A DNA stretch of 64,000 nt, from the NCBI GenBank assembly GCA_017983465.1, contig JAGOBK010000007.1, positions 33,685 through 97,684 of the forward strand, given 5' to 3'. Origin of the DNA: Crocinitomicaceae bacterium. GTDB taxonomy: Bacteria; Bacteroidota; Bacteroidia; Flavobacteriales_D; Crocinitomicaceae. The notes below the pieces were generated by a model that saw nothing but the letters and a program-made list of their open reading frames with translations, did not search any database and was not told where the DNA came from. Below, piece by piece: positions 38,306-47,953 of the stretch. A program made the translations under genes and the position numbers. Within the stretch, counting starts at the first letter, position 1; each line of letters starts with the position of its first letter.

Positions 38306-41236
38306 ATGAATAAGAAAGTCTATGTATTTGGTTCTCTGATGCTTGCAGGAATTGTTTCCGCTGCAGTTGGTGCTTTTATGTTGTTTCCATCTGAAGGAAA
38401 ATACAAACAGGAAAGTTTGACTTCATTACAAGAGAAATCTTCCGATGATGCCATGGCTTGGTTGAGAGCGCGTTATATTGACGTTACTACAGGTCAACCA
38501 GTTTCTTCTGAGAAATTAGCTCAGATAGATGGTCAAATACGCAAAATGAAGAAATCCAAATCCATCGTTTTTGAATCTATGGGTCCAGATAATATTGGTG
38601 GACGTACACGTGCGATTCAACCAGATAGATCGAACATCAACCGTTTATGGGCTGGTGGTGTTTCTGGTGGATTATTCGTTTCCTCGAATAAAGGTAATAC
38701 TTGGGACCGCGTTGAATCTTATTTTGCTGCTGGAGGAAATCCATTTATTTCATCAATGACACAAACTCCTGATAATACAATTTTTGTTGCAACTGGTTCA
38801 AATAACGAAGGTTGGAATGGAAATGGTGTTTGGTATTCAACAGATTTCGGAACGACTTGGGCTTCTATTCCAGGGACTTCTAGCTGTACGGAAATTGTTA
38901 GTTCAAATGCAGACAATTATGTTTGGTTGGCTACAGCAACTGGTTTGAAAAAATGGAAATTAGGTGATACAGCCTTGACATCAGTAACAATTACCGGTGC
39001 GAACGGAGGTTGTGCAGCATTGCAAATGTCAAAAGATGGAAACATTGTTGTTGCTTCATTCGGAGCAAACAAAACGTATGTTTCATCTAACGCAGGTGTG
39101 TCATTTGTCGATAAATCAGGGACTGCGGCTAACAATTTAGTACCGAATGGTGCAGCTCGTATTGAGTATGCTATTTCACCAATTAAAAATTCTTCAAATC
39201 ACTACTCAATTTATGCTGTTCGAACAAATAGCAATTTAATGAGTATGCATGTTTCTCACAACGATGGTGAGACATGGAGTCAATTTGTTGGTGCTTCTGC
39301 GCCACCAAATGAATTCGATATTTACAGAGATCAAGGTACGTATAATAGCATTGTTTCAGTTAAACCTACGGACCCTGAAATGATTTTTATTGGTGGTATC
39401 GATATTTGGAAATGGAAACAAATGGTGAACAATCCTCCTCAAGGTGGTTTCGAAAAAATTAGCCAGTGGTTTGTTGCTCCAAACTCTCCAATTTATGCTC
39501 ATGCTGATAACCACGAAATGAAATGGGATGCTAATAATCGTTTGTACATAGGTAACGATGGTGGTATTGGTGTTTCTAACAATTTCGGTGAAACGTGGTA
39601 TCCATCGAATAGAGGATATAACGTAACACAATTCTACGGAATTGCTTTTGATAGAACCGGAGCAGTTATGGGTGGAGCACAGGATAACGGAACACTTTAC
39701 AACGACTTCAGTTTGTCTACACCTCAAGAGTTTAGAGAAGTAGGTGGTGGAGATGGATTTGAATGTGAGATTTCATTCTTCAATCCTCGTGTAATGTTCT
39801 CAACAGTATATTACAACTCGATCTCTCGTTCAGGAGACAAAGGACAAACATTTACTTCTTTTGTTCCCACTTTACCAGCTTCTTATGATCCTGCCGGAAC
39901 AGATGGAAGTCCAAATCACCCCTTCCACTCTGAAATATTCCTTGCAGAGAATTATGACTTGAATTCACAAGATTCAGTGACGTTGATTCCAACTAAAAAT
40001 TATGCTGCAGGATCAATTATCCGTGTTCCTTCATTATCTTCTGGGGATTCAATCACATTTGTTGCTCCAACAGCGTATTACTTTGATGATACGTTGGCGT
40101 GGGAGCCATCTTTAACAGTTGGTAACGAAAACTTTGGTTTGAACGCTGCAACTGGAGAAACAGTTTCTATGGGTAGTGATACCGTAATCTACAACGTTGC
40201 TTGGGATACAGTTCGCGTTCAAGATCCTTATCAATCATGGTTCCTTGTTTATGTAAACGCTAACAACGGTGAACTTTGGGGAACAAGAAATGCATTGAGA
40301 TTGGCGGTAACAAATGCTCAGTGGGTTTGTATTGCGAAAAACATTGGCGGTGGAACATTTAACTCAGTTGATGTAGAATTTTCTAAGGATTTGAATCATT
40401 GTTATGTAAGTTCTGGTAACGGAATTTGGAGAATTGATGGATTAGGTTCTGTTTATACAAGTGATCCGAACTTTGTTTCGAAAGTTGCTTATGTTACCTC
40501 AGGTACTACGACAACAAGTCCGACGTTTACAACCGCAACGAAAATTACATCTACATCTTACGAAGGAATAGCAGTCAACCCAAATAATGGAAACGACATC
40601 ATTTGTTTCGCTGGATTCGGAGGAGTGAATCGTCGTAGTGTAAATGCAAATGTGACGACACCTTCCTTCACAGCTTTGACAGCGATTACTACTCCAGGAG
40701 TTGCTTGTTACGATGGTATCATTGACCGTAATAATCCTGATATCATTGTAGTGGGAACTTCAAGTGGTGCATTCATCTCAACAAATGGTGGAGCTTCTTG
40801 GGAGAATTCGTCTGCAGGATTTGAAGGTACTCCAGTTTATGAAGTACGTCAAGCATGGAGATCATTTAACGAAGGAAATGACCGACCAGGTGAAATTTAC
40901 TTAGGTACATTTGGACGTGGAATTTGGAGAACGACAGCATTCCTAGGTTTAGATCAAAATGGTTCAACAGGTACCGTGAATTTTGATTCTAAATTAAAAA
41001 CATACCCGAATCCAACACGCGACAATACAACGGTAACGTTTGAATTGGCAAATGCTGGAATGGTTGAAATTCAAGTTTACTCGATTACAGGACGTTTAGT
41101 TAAATCTATCAGAAAATCGATGGATGAAGGAACGAACTCACTTCAAATTGAAGGAGACAATCTTGCTAATGGAACATACATCGTGAAATTCAATTCAGGT
41201 AAACAATCTGAATCTGTGAAATTCATCAAAATGTAA
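38306..41236 (+). CDS. large Asp-box beta-propeller protein with T9SS type-A C-terminal sorting domain
   Basis: 976 aa. N-terminal signal/anchor. Repeated S.N.G.TW boxes. C-terminus KTYPNPTRDNTTVTFEL...NGTYIVKF. Confidence 0.75.
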   Translation: MNKKVYVFGSLMLAGIVSAAVGAFMLFPSEGKYKQESLTSLQEKSSDDAMAWLRARYIDVTTGQPVSSEKLAQIDGQIRKMKKSKSIVFESMGPDNIGGRTRAIQPDRSNINRLWAGGVSGGLFVSSNKGNTWDRVESYFAAGGNPFISSMTQTPDNTIFVATGSNNEGWNGNGVWYSTDFGTTWASIPGTSSCTEIVSSNADNYVWLATATGLKKWKLGDTALTSVTITGANGGCAALQMSKDGNIVVASFGANKTYVSSNAGVSFVDKSGTAANNLVPNGAARIEYAISPIKNSSNHYSIYAVRTNSNLMSMHVSHNDGETWSQFVGASAPPNEFDIYRDQGTYNSIVSVKPTDPEMIFIGGIDIWKWKQMVNNPPQGGFEKISQWFVAPNSPIYAHADNHEMKWDANNRLYIGNDGGIGVSNNFGETWYPSNRGYNVTQFYGIAFDRTGAVMGGAQDNGTLYNDFSLSTPQEFREVGGGDGFECEISFFNPRVMFSTVYYNSISRSGDKGQTFTSFVPTLPASYDPAGTDGSPNHPFHSEIFLAENYDLNSQDSVTLIPTKNYAAGSIIRVPSLSSGDSITFVAPTAYYFDDTLAWEPSLTVGNENFGLNAATGETVSMGSDTVIYNVAWDTVRVQDPYQSWFLVYVNANNGELWGTRNALRLAVTNAQWVCIAKNIGGGTFNSVDVEFSKDLNHCYVSSGNGIWRIDGLGSVYTSDPNFVSKVAYVTSGTTTTSPTFTTATKITSTSYEGIAVNPNNGNDIICFAGFGGVNRRSVNANVTTPSFTALTAITTPGVACYDGIIDRNNPDIIVVGTSSGAFISTNGGASWENSSAGFEGTPVYEVRQAWRSFNEGNDRPGEIYLGTFGRGIWRTTAFLGLDQNGSTGTVNFDSKLKTYPNPTRDNTTVTFELANAGMVEIQVYSITGRLVKSIRKSMDEGTNSLQIEGDNLANGTYIVKFNSGKQSESVKFIKM

Positions 41237-41255
41237 TTTTAGATAAACGAAATTC

Positions 41256-41283
41256 AAGGCGGCCAAATGGTCGCCTTTTTTTT
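41256..41283 (+). terminator. intrinsic terminator
   Basis: GGCGGCC-aaat-GGTCGCC stem (one G-U pair) followed by T8. Confidence 0.8.
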
Positions 41284-41356
41284 GTTCCAATCTTTTTTGA
41301 TTCTCCAGCATATGCACTGATGATTACCACAAGTAATAGCGTAAGAAGTTCATTGC

Positions 41357-42097
41357 TTATTCAGGGGTAACCTTGCAGGTATCATCACAACATTCGAGCG
41401 AAGGTGTTTGATGGGTTGTCGTAAGTTCCGTATTCATTTTAGGACTCACATAAGGAATTCCAAGATTCATTCCCCTGATGATGGTTAAGGTACCAATAAG
41501 TGTTAATACCAAAGCAATCACAATTTTTGGAATTCGTACCTGCCATTTGCTATGTGCAATCAACGGCATGAAAAACATGGCGGGTAATGTTCCTATACCG
41601 AATGCAAGCATGGAAAGAATCGATGATAATAGCGTTCCACTGCCTAGCGCATTTGTCAATCCAAGGTAAACCATTCCACATGGCAAAAGTCCATTCGCCA
41701 TACCGAAGGAAAAGGAACGATAGGCGAGAGGAAGTTCTTTTGTTCTTCGGAAAATGAGTTGAATCAAAGTGGTCATTTTTTTAGTCCATATTCCGATGAT
41801 TGGCCATCGTTCAACTTGATCTGACCAGGCCATTCCAATAATCAGTATTCCACTTAAAATACTTAGCCATTGCATGGTACTGAAAAGTAAAACACTGAAT
41901 CCAAACATCCCGACTATCATCCCCAAAAAACCATACGTAAACAATCTTCCGAAATTGTATTTGAATACGCTTAGAATGCTTTTAAAAGCACTAGAACGAT
42001 CGATGGGAAGAGCAAATGCCAAAGGACCGCACATTCCAATACAATGGAAATTAGAGGCCAAGCCTATGAGAAAACCAAAAAATAAGAAAGAGGTCAT
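41357..42097 (-). CDS. DsbD_2 / TauE-SafE-like membrane protein of the cbb3 locus
   Basis: 246 aa, about 6 TM helices. CIGMCGP motif in TM1. Cys-rich tail (ECCDDTC). Confidence 0.65.
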   Translation of the reverse strand: MTSFLFFGFLIGLASNFHCIGMCGPLAFALPIDRSSAFKSILSVFKYNFGRLFTYGFLGMIVGMFGFSVLLFSTMQWLSILSGILIIGMAWSDQVERWPIIGIWTKKMTTLIQLIFRRTKELPLAYRSFSFGMANGLLPCGMVYLGLTNALGSGTLLSSILSMLAFGIGTLPAMFFMPLIAHSKWQVRIPKIVIALVLTLIGTLTIIRGMNLGIPYVSPKMNTELTTTHQTPSLECCDDTCKVTPE

Positions 42098-42516
42098 TTA
42101 TTATACCAAGTAACAACTTGCAAAAAGTCTTGATTCTTGACTTTATAGCGCATTTGAATCTCGTAATTTCCTTGTTCAAGCTTTTTGGACAAAAGACATG
42201 TTTGTAGGTTTTGATTTTTCATTGTAAAATCTGCTTTGCCGTGATTCATTCGAATAAATTCTAAATCTAGTTTTTGAATGTCTAGTTTAGATGTGTTGAC
42301 AAAACAGATTAACTCATCGCGATTAACAACTTGAATGGGATTTTTATAATCTGCAGCACGTTGTTGTGCATCAAAGTCCTCGTTAAAGGATTTTTCTTTG
42401 ATGTAATAATCCTCACTAATTAACTCTGAATCTTTTGAACTTATGACAACTGCCAACGTGACTATAAACGTCACAAAAGCAATCATGGCAATAATAATTC
42501 CGTTTCTAAATCTCAT
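42094..42516 (-). CDS. FixH-family protein
   Basis: 140 aa. One N-terminal TM plus a beta-rich periplasmic domain. Lies directly after ccoG. Confidence 0.65.
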   Translation of the reverse strand: MRFRNGIIIAMIAFVTFIVTLAVVISSKDSELISEDYYIKEKSFNEDFDAQQRAADYKNPIQVVNRDELICFVNTSKLDIQKLDLEFIRMNHGKADFTMKNQNLQTCLLSKKLEQGNYEIQMRYKVKNQDFLQVVTWYNK

Positions 42517-42519
42517 ATG

Positions 42520-43917
42520 TTAAAGCATTGGTCCAATAAATTTGGTTTGAATCACTTCTATTTCCTGATGATTACCAAAAATATGGATGTTAAATTTTTT
42601 CGTTCCATTTTCTAAAGCGGCATTCGGCATCTTCACAACGATGAGCACCTTCGCTTTGGATTCACTTTTTAATATGACGGCTTTACCTACTGTTTCAATT
42701 TTTGCTTCGTCACCTTCTATTTCAAAGTGAATGTAATAACGTTTATGTGTCTTGTTCAACATGTTGATCTCAAAAATATTGGAGACCATTCCATGTTCAT
42801 CCACTTGGAAAGTGGATCCTTTTTGACGTAAAATGTTCGTCTCGAATGACTTTCTGGAGATTAACAGGATACTTAAGGTTATGAGAAGTCCAATTAACAA
42901 TACACTATAAGCTTTGACGCGTCTGGTCCATTGAAAAGGTGTTCTGTTTTTCACTCCGTTTTCAGAAACAAAGCGAATCAAACCTTTTTCGTGTCCAACA
43001 GCATCCATCATGTGATCACATGCATCGATACAAGCGGTACAATTGACACATTCTAATTGTGTCCCGTTTCTAATGTCAATTCCGGTCGGACAAACATGAA
43101 CGCAGTGTCCACAATCAATACAGTCGCCTTTTCCAACAGCTTGACGATCCTCGCCTTTGTGAATTTTTGCACGCTCTTCTCCACGTACTTCGTCGTAAGC
43201 CACGACCATGGTGTTTTGATCCAATAAAACTCCTTGCAAACGTCCATATGGACAAATCGTTGTACACACTTGTTCTCTCAAGAAGGCAAAAACACCGTAA
43301 AACACATACGTAAAAATGATGATGGCAATAAGTCCGCCAAGGTGTTTCCCAAATGGGTCCGTTTGAATGTGCCATAAGGAATCAGATCCAATGATGTACG
43401 CTAAAAATGTATTGGCAATAAAGAACGAAATCCACCAGAATATGACATGTTTAAGCGTGCGTTTGAAGATTTTTTCTTTTGTCCATGGACTTTTTTCAAG
43501 TCGCTTTTGCTCCGTCCAATCACCATCGATCAAATATTCAATTCGACGAAAAAGCATTTCCATGAAAATCGTTTGCGGACAAACCCAACCACAAAACAAG
43601 CGTCCAAAAATGATGGTAAAGAAAATAATGAAGACAACACCAACAATCACCAATATGGCAAAAAGGTACATGTCCTGAGGCCAAAAAACTTGACCAAAGA
43701 TGACGAATTTACGGTGAATGATGTCTAGTAAAAGAAAAGGTTCTGATCCAATTCGGATGTGTGGCCCACCAAAAAGCAACGCGAGTAGAAAGTAACTTAG
43801 GATCTTTCGCTTGTTATAGAAGGACCCGAATGGTTTCTTGGGGAAAATCCAAATGCGTCTACCTTTTTCATTCACTGTGGCTATCCGGTCACGGAAGGCC
43901 TCATCCTGCTCACTCAT
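42520..43917 (-). CDS. ccoG: cbb3 oxidase accessory ferredoxin-like membrane protein CcoG
   Basis: 465 aa. CIDCGHCVHVCP and CVNCTACIDAC 4Fe-4S motifs between TM segments. Confidence 0.88.
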   Translation of the reverse strand: MSEQDEAFRDRIATVNEKGRRIWIFPKKPFGSFYNKRKILSYFLLALLFGGPHIRIGSEPFLLLDIIHRKFVIFGQVFWPQDMYLFAILVIVGVVFIIFFTIIFGRLFCGWVCPQTIFMEMLFRRIEYLIDGDWTEQKRLEKSPWTKEKIFKRTLKHVIFWWISFFIANTFLAYIIGSDSLWHIQTDPFGKHLGGLIAIIIFTYVFYGVFAFLREQVCTTICPYGRLQGVLLDQNTMVVAYDEVRGEERAKIHKGEDRQAVGKGDCIDCGHCVHVCPTGIDIRNGTQLECVNCTACIDACDHMMDAVGHEKGLIRFVSENGVKNRTPFQWTRRVKAYSVLLIGLLITLSILLISRKSFETNILRQKGSTFQVDEHGMVSNIFEINMLNKTHKRYYIHFEIEGDEAKIETVGKAVILKSESKAKVLIVVKMPNAALENGTKKFNIHIFGNHQEIEVIQTKFIGPML

Positions 43918-43931
43918 ATTGATGGATTTAC

Positions 43932-45356
43932 TTATTTCTTAAGGATGTCACCTTGTGCGGGTTTTCCGTTAGCAACTTCCTTTAAAGACAGAACATAAGA
44001 CGCTACTTGTTGAATTTGAATTGGATTCAATAAGGCATCATGTGTTGGCATTCCATTTGGACGACCTAATTTGATCGTTGCAAATACATCTTTAATATCG
44101 TAACCGTAAATCCAGTTTTTGTCAGTTAAGTTTGGACCAACATCTCCTGAACCATCGGCTTTATGACACGTGACACAATTCACTCCAAAGGCTACTTTTC
44201 CAGCGGCTAAATCCGCACTTCCCGTCATTAAAGTAGCATTCGTTTCATCCACATTCATGGCCATTTTCTCACGGTAGGCAGCAATTTCTCTTTCTGCTTT
44301 CGCCATTTCTTTTTTGTAAGCTTTCTCCTGCAAATCAGATGTTCCCAAAACATGGTAATTGATGATGTAGATGAACGCAAATACAATAGTTGCAAAGAAA
44401 CCCCATACCCACCAAGGTGGAAGGTTATTATCTAATTCACGAATTCCATCGTATTCATGATCCATTAAAATGGTATGTTCTTCTTCAATAGGAACTGCGT
44501 CGGTCAAAATAGCATTGACTTTTTTAAATGTCTCCGCAACAACCGGAACTTGTTGTACTTCCTCTTTCTTAGGACGAACCATAGCTACCATCTGATAAAA
44601 CAAGTGGCGTAAGTAAAGAACGACGATTAATAGAATGATGTTCACTACTAATAAGGCGTACAAATCTGTGTTTTCAACTTGCAACCACGGCATTCCTTTT
44701 TCCGCCTCTCCCGCTTGCATGAAGTTCAAAGCATGACTTTCATTACTAATGAATAAAGACCCAGTCGTGATGACAATGATGAGTAATTTGGATTTATCAC
44801 CCATCTCAGCCACTTTTGTTCGGAAATAATCGGATTTCACATACGTCATAATTGCTCCAGCCAAAACGATAATGATCAAAATAAGGATCACCATTAAGAA
44901 AATCATCCAATTGAACATAGATAAATTTGCGACATAATCAGGTTTAGTTTCGGTACCGACTGTTGCTGTAGCGGTTGTATCGCTGGGAGTTGTAGTTACA
45001 ACCGGCGGAGCATCCACAAACGTTAAAATGGCATCGATTTCTTCTTTGGAAACGGTTTGTGGTGGCATGGCAGTTGGACTAAATCCAGACACTTCCTTCC
45101 CTCGGGCACTTTTACCAGATGCAATGAGTGCAGATGAATTCGTAATCCAATCGTAAATTAGATCACCTTCGCCAGCATCCACCCATTTTTGTTTGGCACC
45201 TTGTAGTTTTGGTCCAGTTGAGTTTTTGTCCACCATGTGACACGTATTACAACGGGACTTAAATAATTGTCCACCATCAGCGGCATACATTTTTCCCTGC
45301 GCGACCAAGCTGATTAAAAGCGCAACAAACGTCAGTTGTGTGAATTTAATTTTCAT
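43932..45356 (-). CDS. ccoP: CcoP-like cbb3 oxidase subunit with split haem-c domains
   Basis: 474 aa. Signal peptide, CNTCH domain, hydrophobic segments, FixP_N motif DHEYDGIRELDNNLPPWW, then the CVTCH domain. Confidence 0.75.
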   Translation of the reverse strand: MKIKFTQLTFVALLISLVAQGKMYAADGGQLFKSRCNTCHMVDKNSTGPKLQGAKQKWVDAGEGDLIYDWITNSSALIASGKSARGKEVSGFSPTAMPPQTVSKEEIDAILTFVDAPPVVTTTPSDTTATATVGTETKPDYVANLSMFNWMIFLMVILILIIIVLAGAIMTYVKSDYFRTKVAEMGDKSKLLIIVITTGSLFISNESHALNFMQAGEAEKGMPWLQVENTDLYALLVVNIILLIVVLYLRHLFYQMVAMVRPKKEEVQQVPVVAETFKKVNAILTDAVPIEEEHTILMDHEYDGIRELDNNLPPWWVWGFFATIVFAFIYIINYHVLGTSDLQEKAYKKEMAKAEREIAAYREKMAMNVDETNATLMTGSADLAAGKVAFGVNCVTCHKADGSGDVGPNLTDKNWIYGYDIKDVFATIKLGRPNGMPTHDALLNPIQIQQVASYVLSLKEVANGKPAQGDILKK

Positions 45357-45552
45357 GATGTGTTTGATTTGTGTTCGTATTCTCTTCTAGATCTAAAGGC
45401 ATGGCGCTCATTTCTGTCACTCTGTTATTCGACATTTTAATGACATACCATAACATTACTGCGAAGAATAGGGTAAACATGATTAGCGAAATCAAAGGGT
45501 AAATCTCGACACCGAGCATGCCCGTAAGGTTGTGTTTGATGAATCTTAACAT
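45346..45552 (-). CDS. ccoQ: CcoQ/FixQ-like small membrane subunit
   Basis: 68 aa with a single TM. Position between ccoNO and ccoP. Confidence 0.65.
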   Translation of the reverse strand: MLRFIKHNLTGMLGVEIYPLISLIMFTLFFAVMLWYVIKMSNNRVTEMSAMPLDLEENTNTNQTHHEN

Positions 45553-45557
45553 GTCGT

Positions 45558-47732
45558 TTATTTCGTTGGTTTCACTTTAACATCTGTTCCAAGTCGCTGC
45601 AAGTAGGCAATAATCGCAACGATGTCCTTCTGTTCGATTTCTTTAATCAAATCGTTTTTGTTTCGTCCCTTCAAGGCAATTTGATTGGTCGTATTCACGA
45701 TGTCTAATGCAATCAGATGTGCTTGAGCTTGAAGATCCTTTTTCGCTTTCTTATCATATCCCTCTGGATAAGGAACACCTAGCGTTTGCATTGCACGGAT
45801 TTTCGCACCGATGTTTTCAATATCCATATCGTCTTCACGCATCCATGGATATGCAGGCATGATGGATCCTGGAGTAATGACTTTTGGACGAATCATGTGG
45901 TTAAAGTGCCATAGGTTTCCACGAACGCCTCCTTCACGTGCCAAATCTGGACCAGTTCGTTTTGAGCCCCATTGGAATGGATGATCGTAAACGAATTCAC
46001 CGGATTTTGAATAAGCTCCGTAGCGTACTGTTTCAAAGCGCAATGGTCGAATTAACTGTGAGTGACAATTGTAACATCCTTCACGGATGTAAATATCTCG
46101 TCCATACAATTCAAGTGGCGTGTACGGTTTCACACTTTTAATGGTTGGAACATTGCTTTTAACGATCATCGTTGGAATGATCTCCACAATTCCACCAATG
46201 GCAACAATGACTAAACTGAGGATCATGAATTGAATTGGTTTACGTTCGATGACCTTGTGCCAATATTCTCCTTTCGTATTGACGTGTAATTCTTTGGTTA
46301 CAACTGCTTCTGTTTCTTCATTGGCAACTAATTTTCCAGATTTTGCTGTTTTCACTAAGTTGTAGAACATCAGGATGGCGCCACTTAGGTATAATAAACC
46401 TCCAAGAGATCTTAGATAGAAGAATGGTTTCATTTCAATGACAGTATCGACAAAGTTGTTCGCTAATGTTCCGTCTGGTTTGAATTCCTGCCACATTAAT
46501 CCTTGCATGAATCCGGCGATATACATTGGAATCGCATAAAGAATGATTCCTAAAGTGGCAATCCAGAAATGTTGGTTTGCCATTTTTGTAGAATACAATT
46601 TTGTGTTGTACAAACGAGGGAACAACCAATACAACATACCGAAGGTTAACATACCATTCCATCCTAGTCCACCGATGTGTACGTGAGCGATAGTCCAATC
46701 TGTAAAGTGAGAAATGACATTGATGTTTTTCAAAGAAAGCAATGGTCCTTCAAAGGTGGACATTCCATAACATGTTAATGCGACCACCATGAATTTCAAC
46801 AAAATATCATCGCGAACACGGTCCCAAGCTCCTCTTAAGGTAAGTAATCCATTCAACATTCCACCCCAAGACGGAGCGATTAACATGACAGAAAAGACAA
46901 CGCCCAAACTTTGCGCCCAATCCGGAAGGGTAGAGTACAATAAATGGTGTGGTCCAGCCCAGATGTACAAGAAAATCAAGGCCCAAAAGTGAATAATTGA
47001 TAAACGGTAAGAGTAAACTGGACGATTTGCAGCTTTCGGTACGAAGTAATACATCAAGCCCAAATACGGTGTAGTCAAGAAGAAGGCAACGGCATTGTGT
47101 CCATACCACCATTGAACCAATGCGTCTTGAACTCCGGCGTACCAAGAGTAGCTTTTTAAGAAAGAAACAGGTAATTCAAAGGAGTTGAAAATGTGCAGCA
47201 TCGCAACGGTTACGAATGTTGCAATGTAGAACCAAATGGCCACGTAAAGGTGTTTCACACGTCGAACCATGATCGTCGCGAACATGTTCCATCCCCAAAC
47301 TACCCAAATTCCAGCAATCATGATGTCGATCCACCATTCTAACTCTGCATATTCTTTTCCAGTGGTAATCCCGAAGGGCAATGTTGCAACCGCACAAACG
47401 ATGATTGTTTGCCATCCCCAGAAATGAATTTTACTGAGTTTGTCACTCCACAACCTCGTTTTTAACAAGCGCTGAAGGGAATAGTAAATTCCCATGAACA
47501 TTCCATTTCCAACAAAGGCAAAGATGACAGCATTGGTGTGAAGTGGACGCAAACGTCCAAAAGTCAGGTATTTAAATCCTAAATAGTCATTGAAAAATTC
47601 CGGAAATGCCAGCTGTAGTGCGGCGATTAATCCAACCAACATTCCTGTTACACCCCAAATAACAGTGGCGTAGGCAAAATTCCGAACGATTCGGTTGTCG
47701 TAACTAAACTTTTCTGCTTCCATATTACTCAT
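45558..47732 (-). CDS. ccoNO: cbb3-type cytochrome c oxidase, fused subunits I and II
   Basis: 724 aa. Haem-copper core with about 12 TM helices, followed by CcoO with CYNCH. Confidence 0.92.
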   Translation of the reverse strand: MSNMEAEKFSYDNRIVRNFAYATVIWGVTGMLVGLIAALQLAFPEFFNDYLGFKYLTFGRLRPLHTNAVIFAFVGNGMFMGIYYSLQRLLKTRLWSDKLSKIHFWGWQTIIVCAVATLPFGITTGKEYAELEWWIDIMIAGIWVVWGWNMFATIMVRRVKHLYVAIWFYIATFVTVAMLHIFNSFELPVSFLKSYSWYAGVQDALVQWWYGHNAVAFFLTTPYLGLMYYFVPKAANRPVYSYRLSIIHFWALIFLYIWAGPHHLLYSTLPDWAQSLGVVFSVMLIAPSWGGMLNGLLTLRGAWDRVRDDILLKFMVVALTCYGMSTFEGPLLSLKNINVISHFTDWTIAHVHIGGLGWNGMLTFGMLYWLFPRLYNTKLYSTKMANQHFWIATLGIILYAIPMYIAGFMQGLMWQEFKPDGTLANNFVDTVIEMKPFFYLRSLGGLLYLSGAILMFYNLVKTAKSGKLVANEETEAVVTKELHVNTKGEYWHKVIERKPIQFMILSLVIVAIGGIVEIIPTMIVKSNVPTIKSVKPYTPLELYGRDIYIREGCYNCHSQLIRPLRFETVRYGAYSKSGEFVYDHPFQWGSKRTGPDLAREGGVRGNLWHFNHMIRPKVITPGSIMPAYPWMREDDMDIENIGAKIRAMQTLGVPYPEGYDKKAKKDLQAQAHLIALDIVNTTNQIALKGRNKNDLIKEIEQKDIVAIIAYLQRLGTDVKVKPTK

Positions 47733-47883
47733 CTTTTAATTTTGGTTCGTCTTCAAAGAGCATGCGCACTGATGGCGTGTAGTCATCGTCAAACTGTCCG
47801 TTTTTTGTTGCCCACAAAAAGAAAAGCAAGAAAAAGCCAGCAATACAAAGGCTTACAATTAACATCAGATAGATCATTCCCAT
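47725..47883 (-). CDS. ccoS: cbb3 oxidase maturation protein CcoS/FixS (absent from the ORF track)
   Basis: Hand translation gives MGMIYLMLIVSLCIAGFFLLFFLWATKNGQFDDDYTPSVRMLFEDEPKLKDE* (52 aa). One TM followed by the GQFDD motif. The stop overlaps the ccoNO start (ATGAGTAA). Confidence 0.8.
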   Translation of the reverse strand: MGMIYLMLIVSLCIAGFFLLFFLWATKNGQFDDDYTPSVRMLFEDEPKLKDE

Positions 47884-47910
47884 GATGCAAATTTCCAAAA
47901 AGGTGCAACG

Positions 47911-47918
47911 AATAAGTA
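47911..47918 (-). promoter_or_regulatory. degenerate -7 box TACTTATT (ccoS operon)
   Basis: Six of eight positions match TACTTTTG. Its last base is 36.5 nt from the centre of the upstream palindrome, the same spacing as at hemN. Confidence 0.4.
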
Positions 47919-47941
47919 TGATGTAGATGTTTGAAAAAAAC

Positions 47942-47953
47942 TGATTTATATCA
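47942..47953. promoter_or_regulatory. FNR/CRP-type palindrome TGAT-TTAT-ATCA
   Basis: Perfect core of the TTGAT-N4-ATCAA consensus. It lies 3 nt after the ccoI stop, and its centre is 64.5 nt upstream of the ccoS ATG. Confidence 0.55.
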
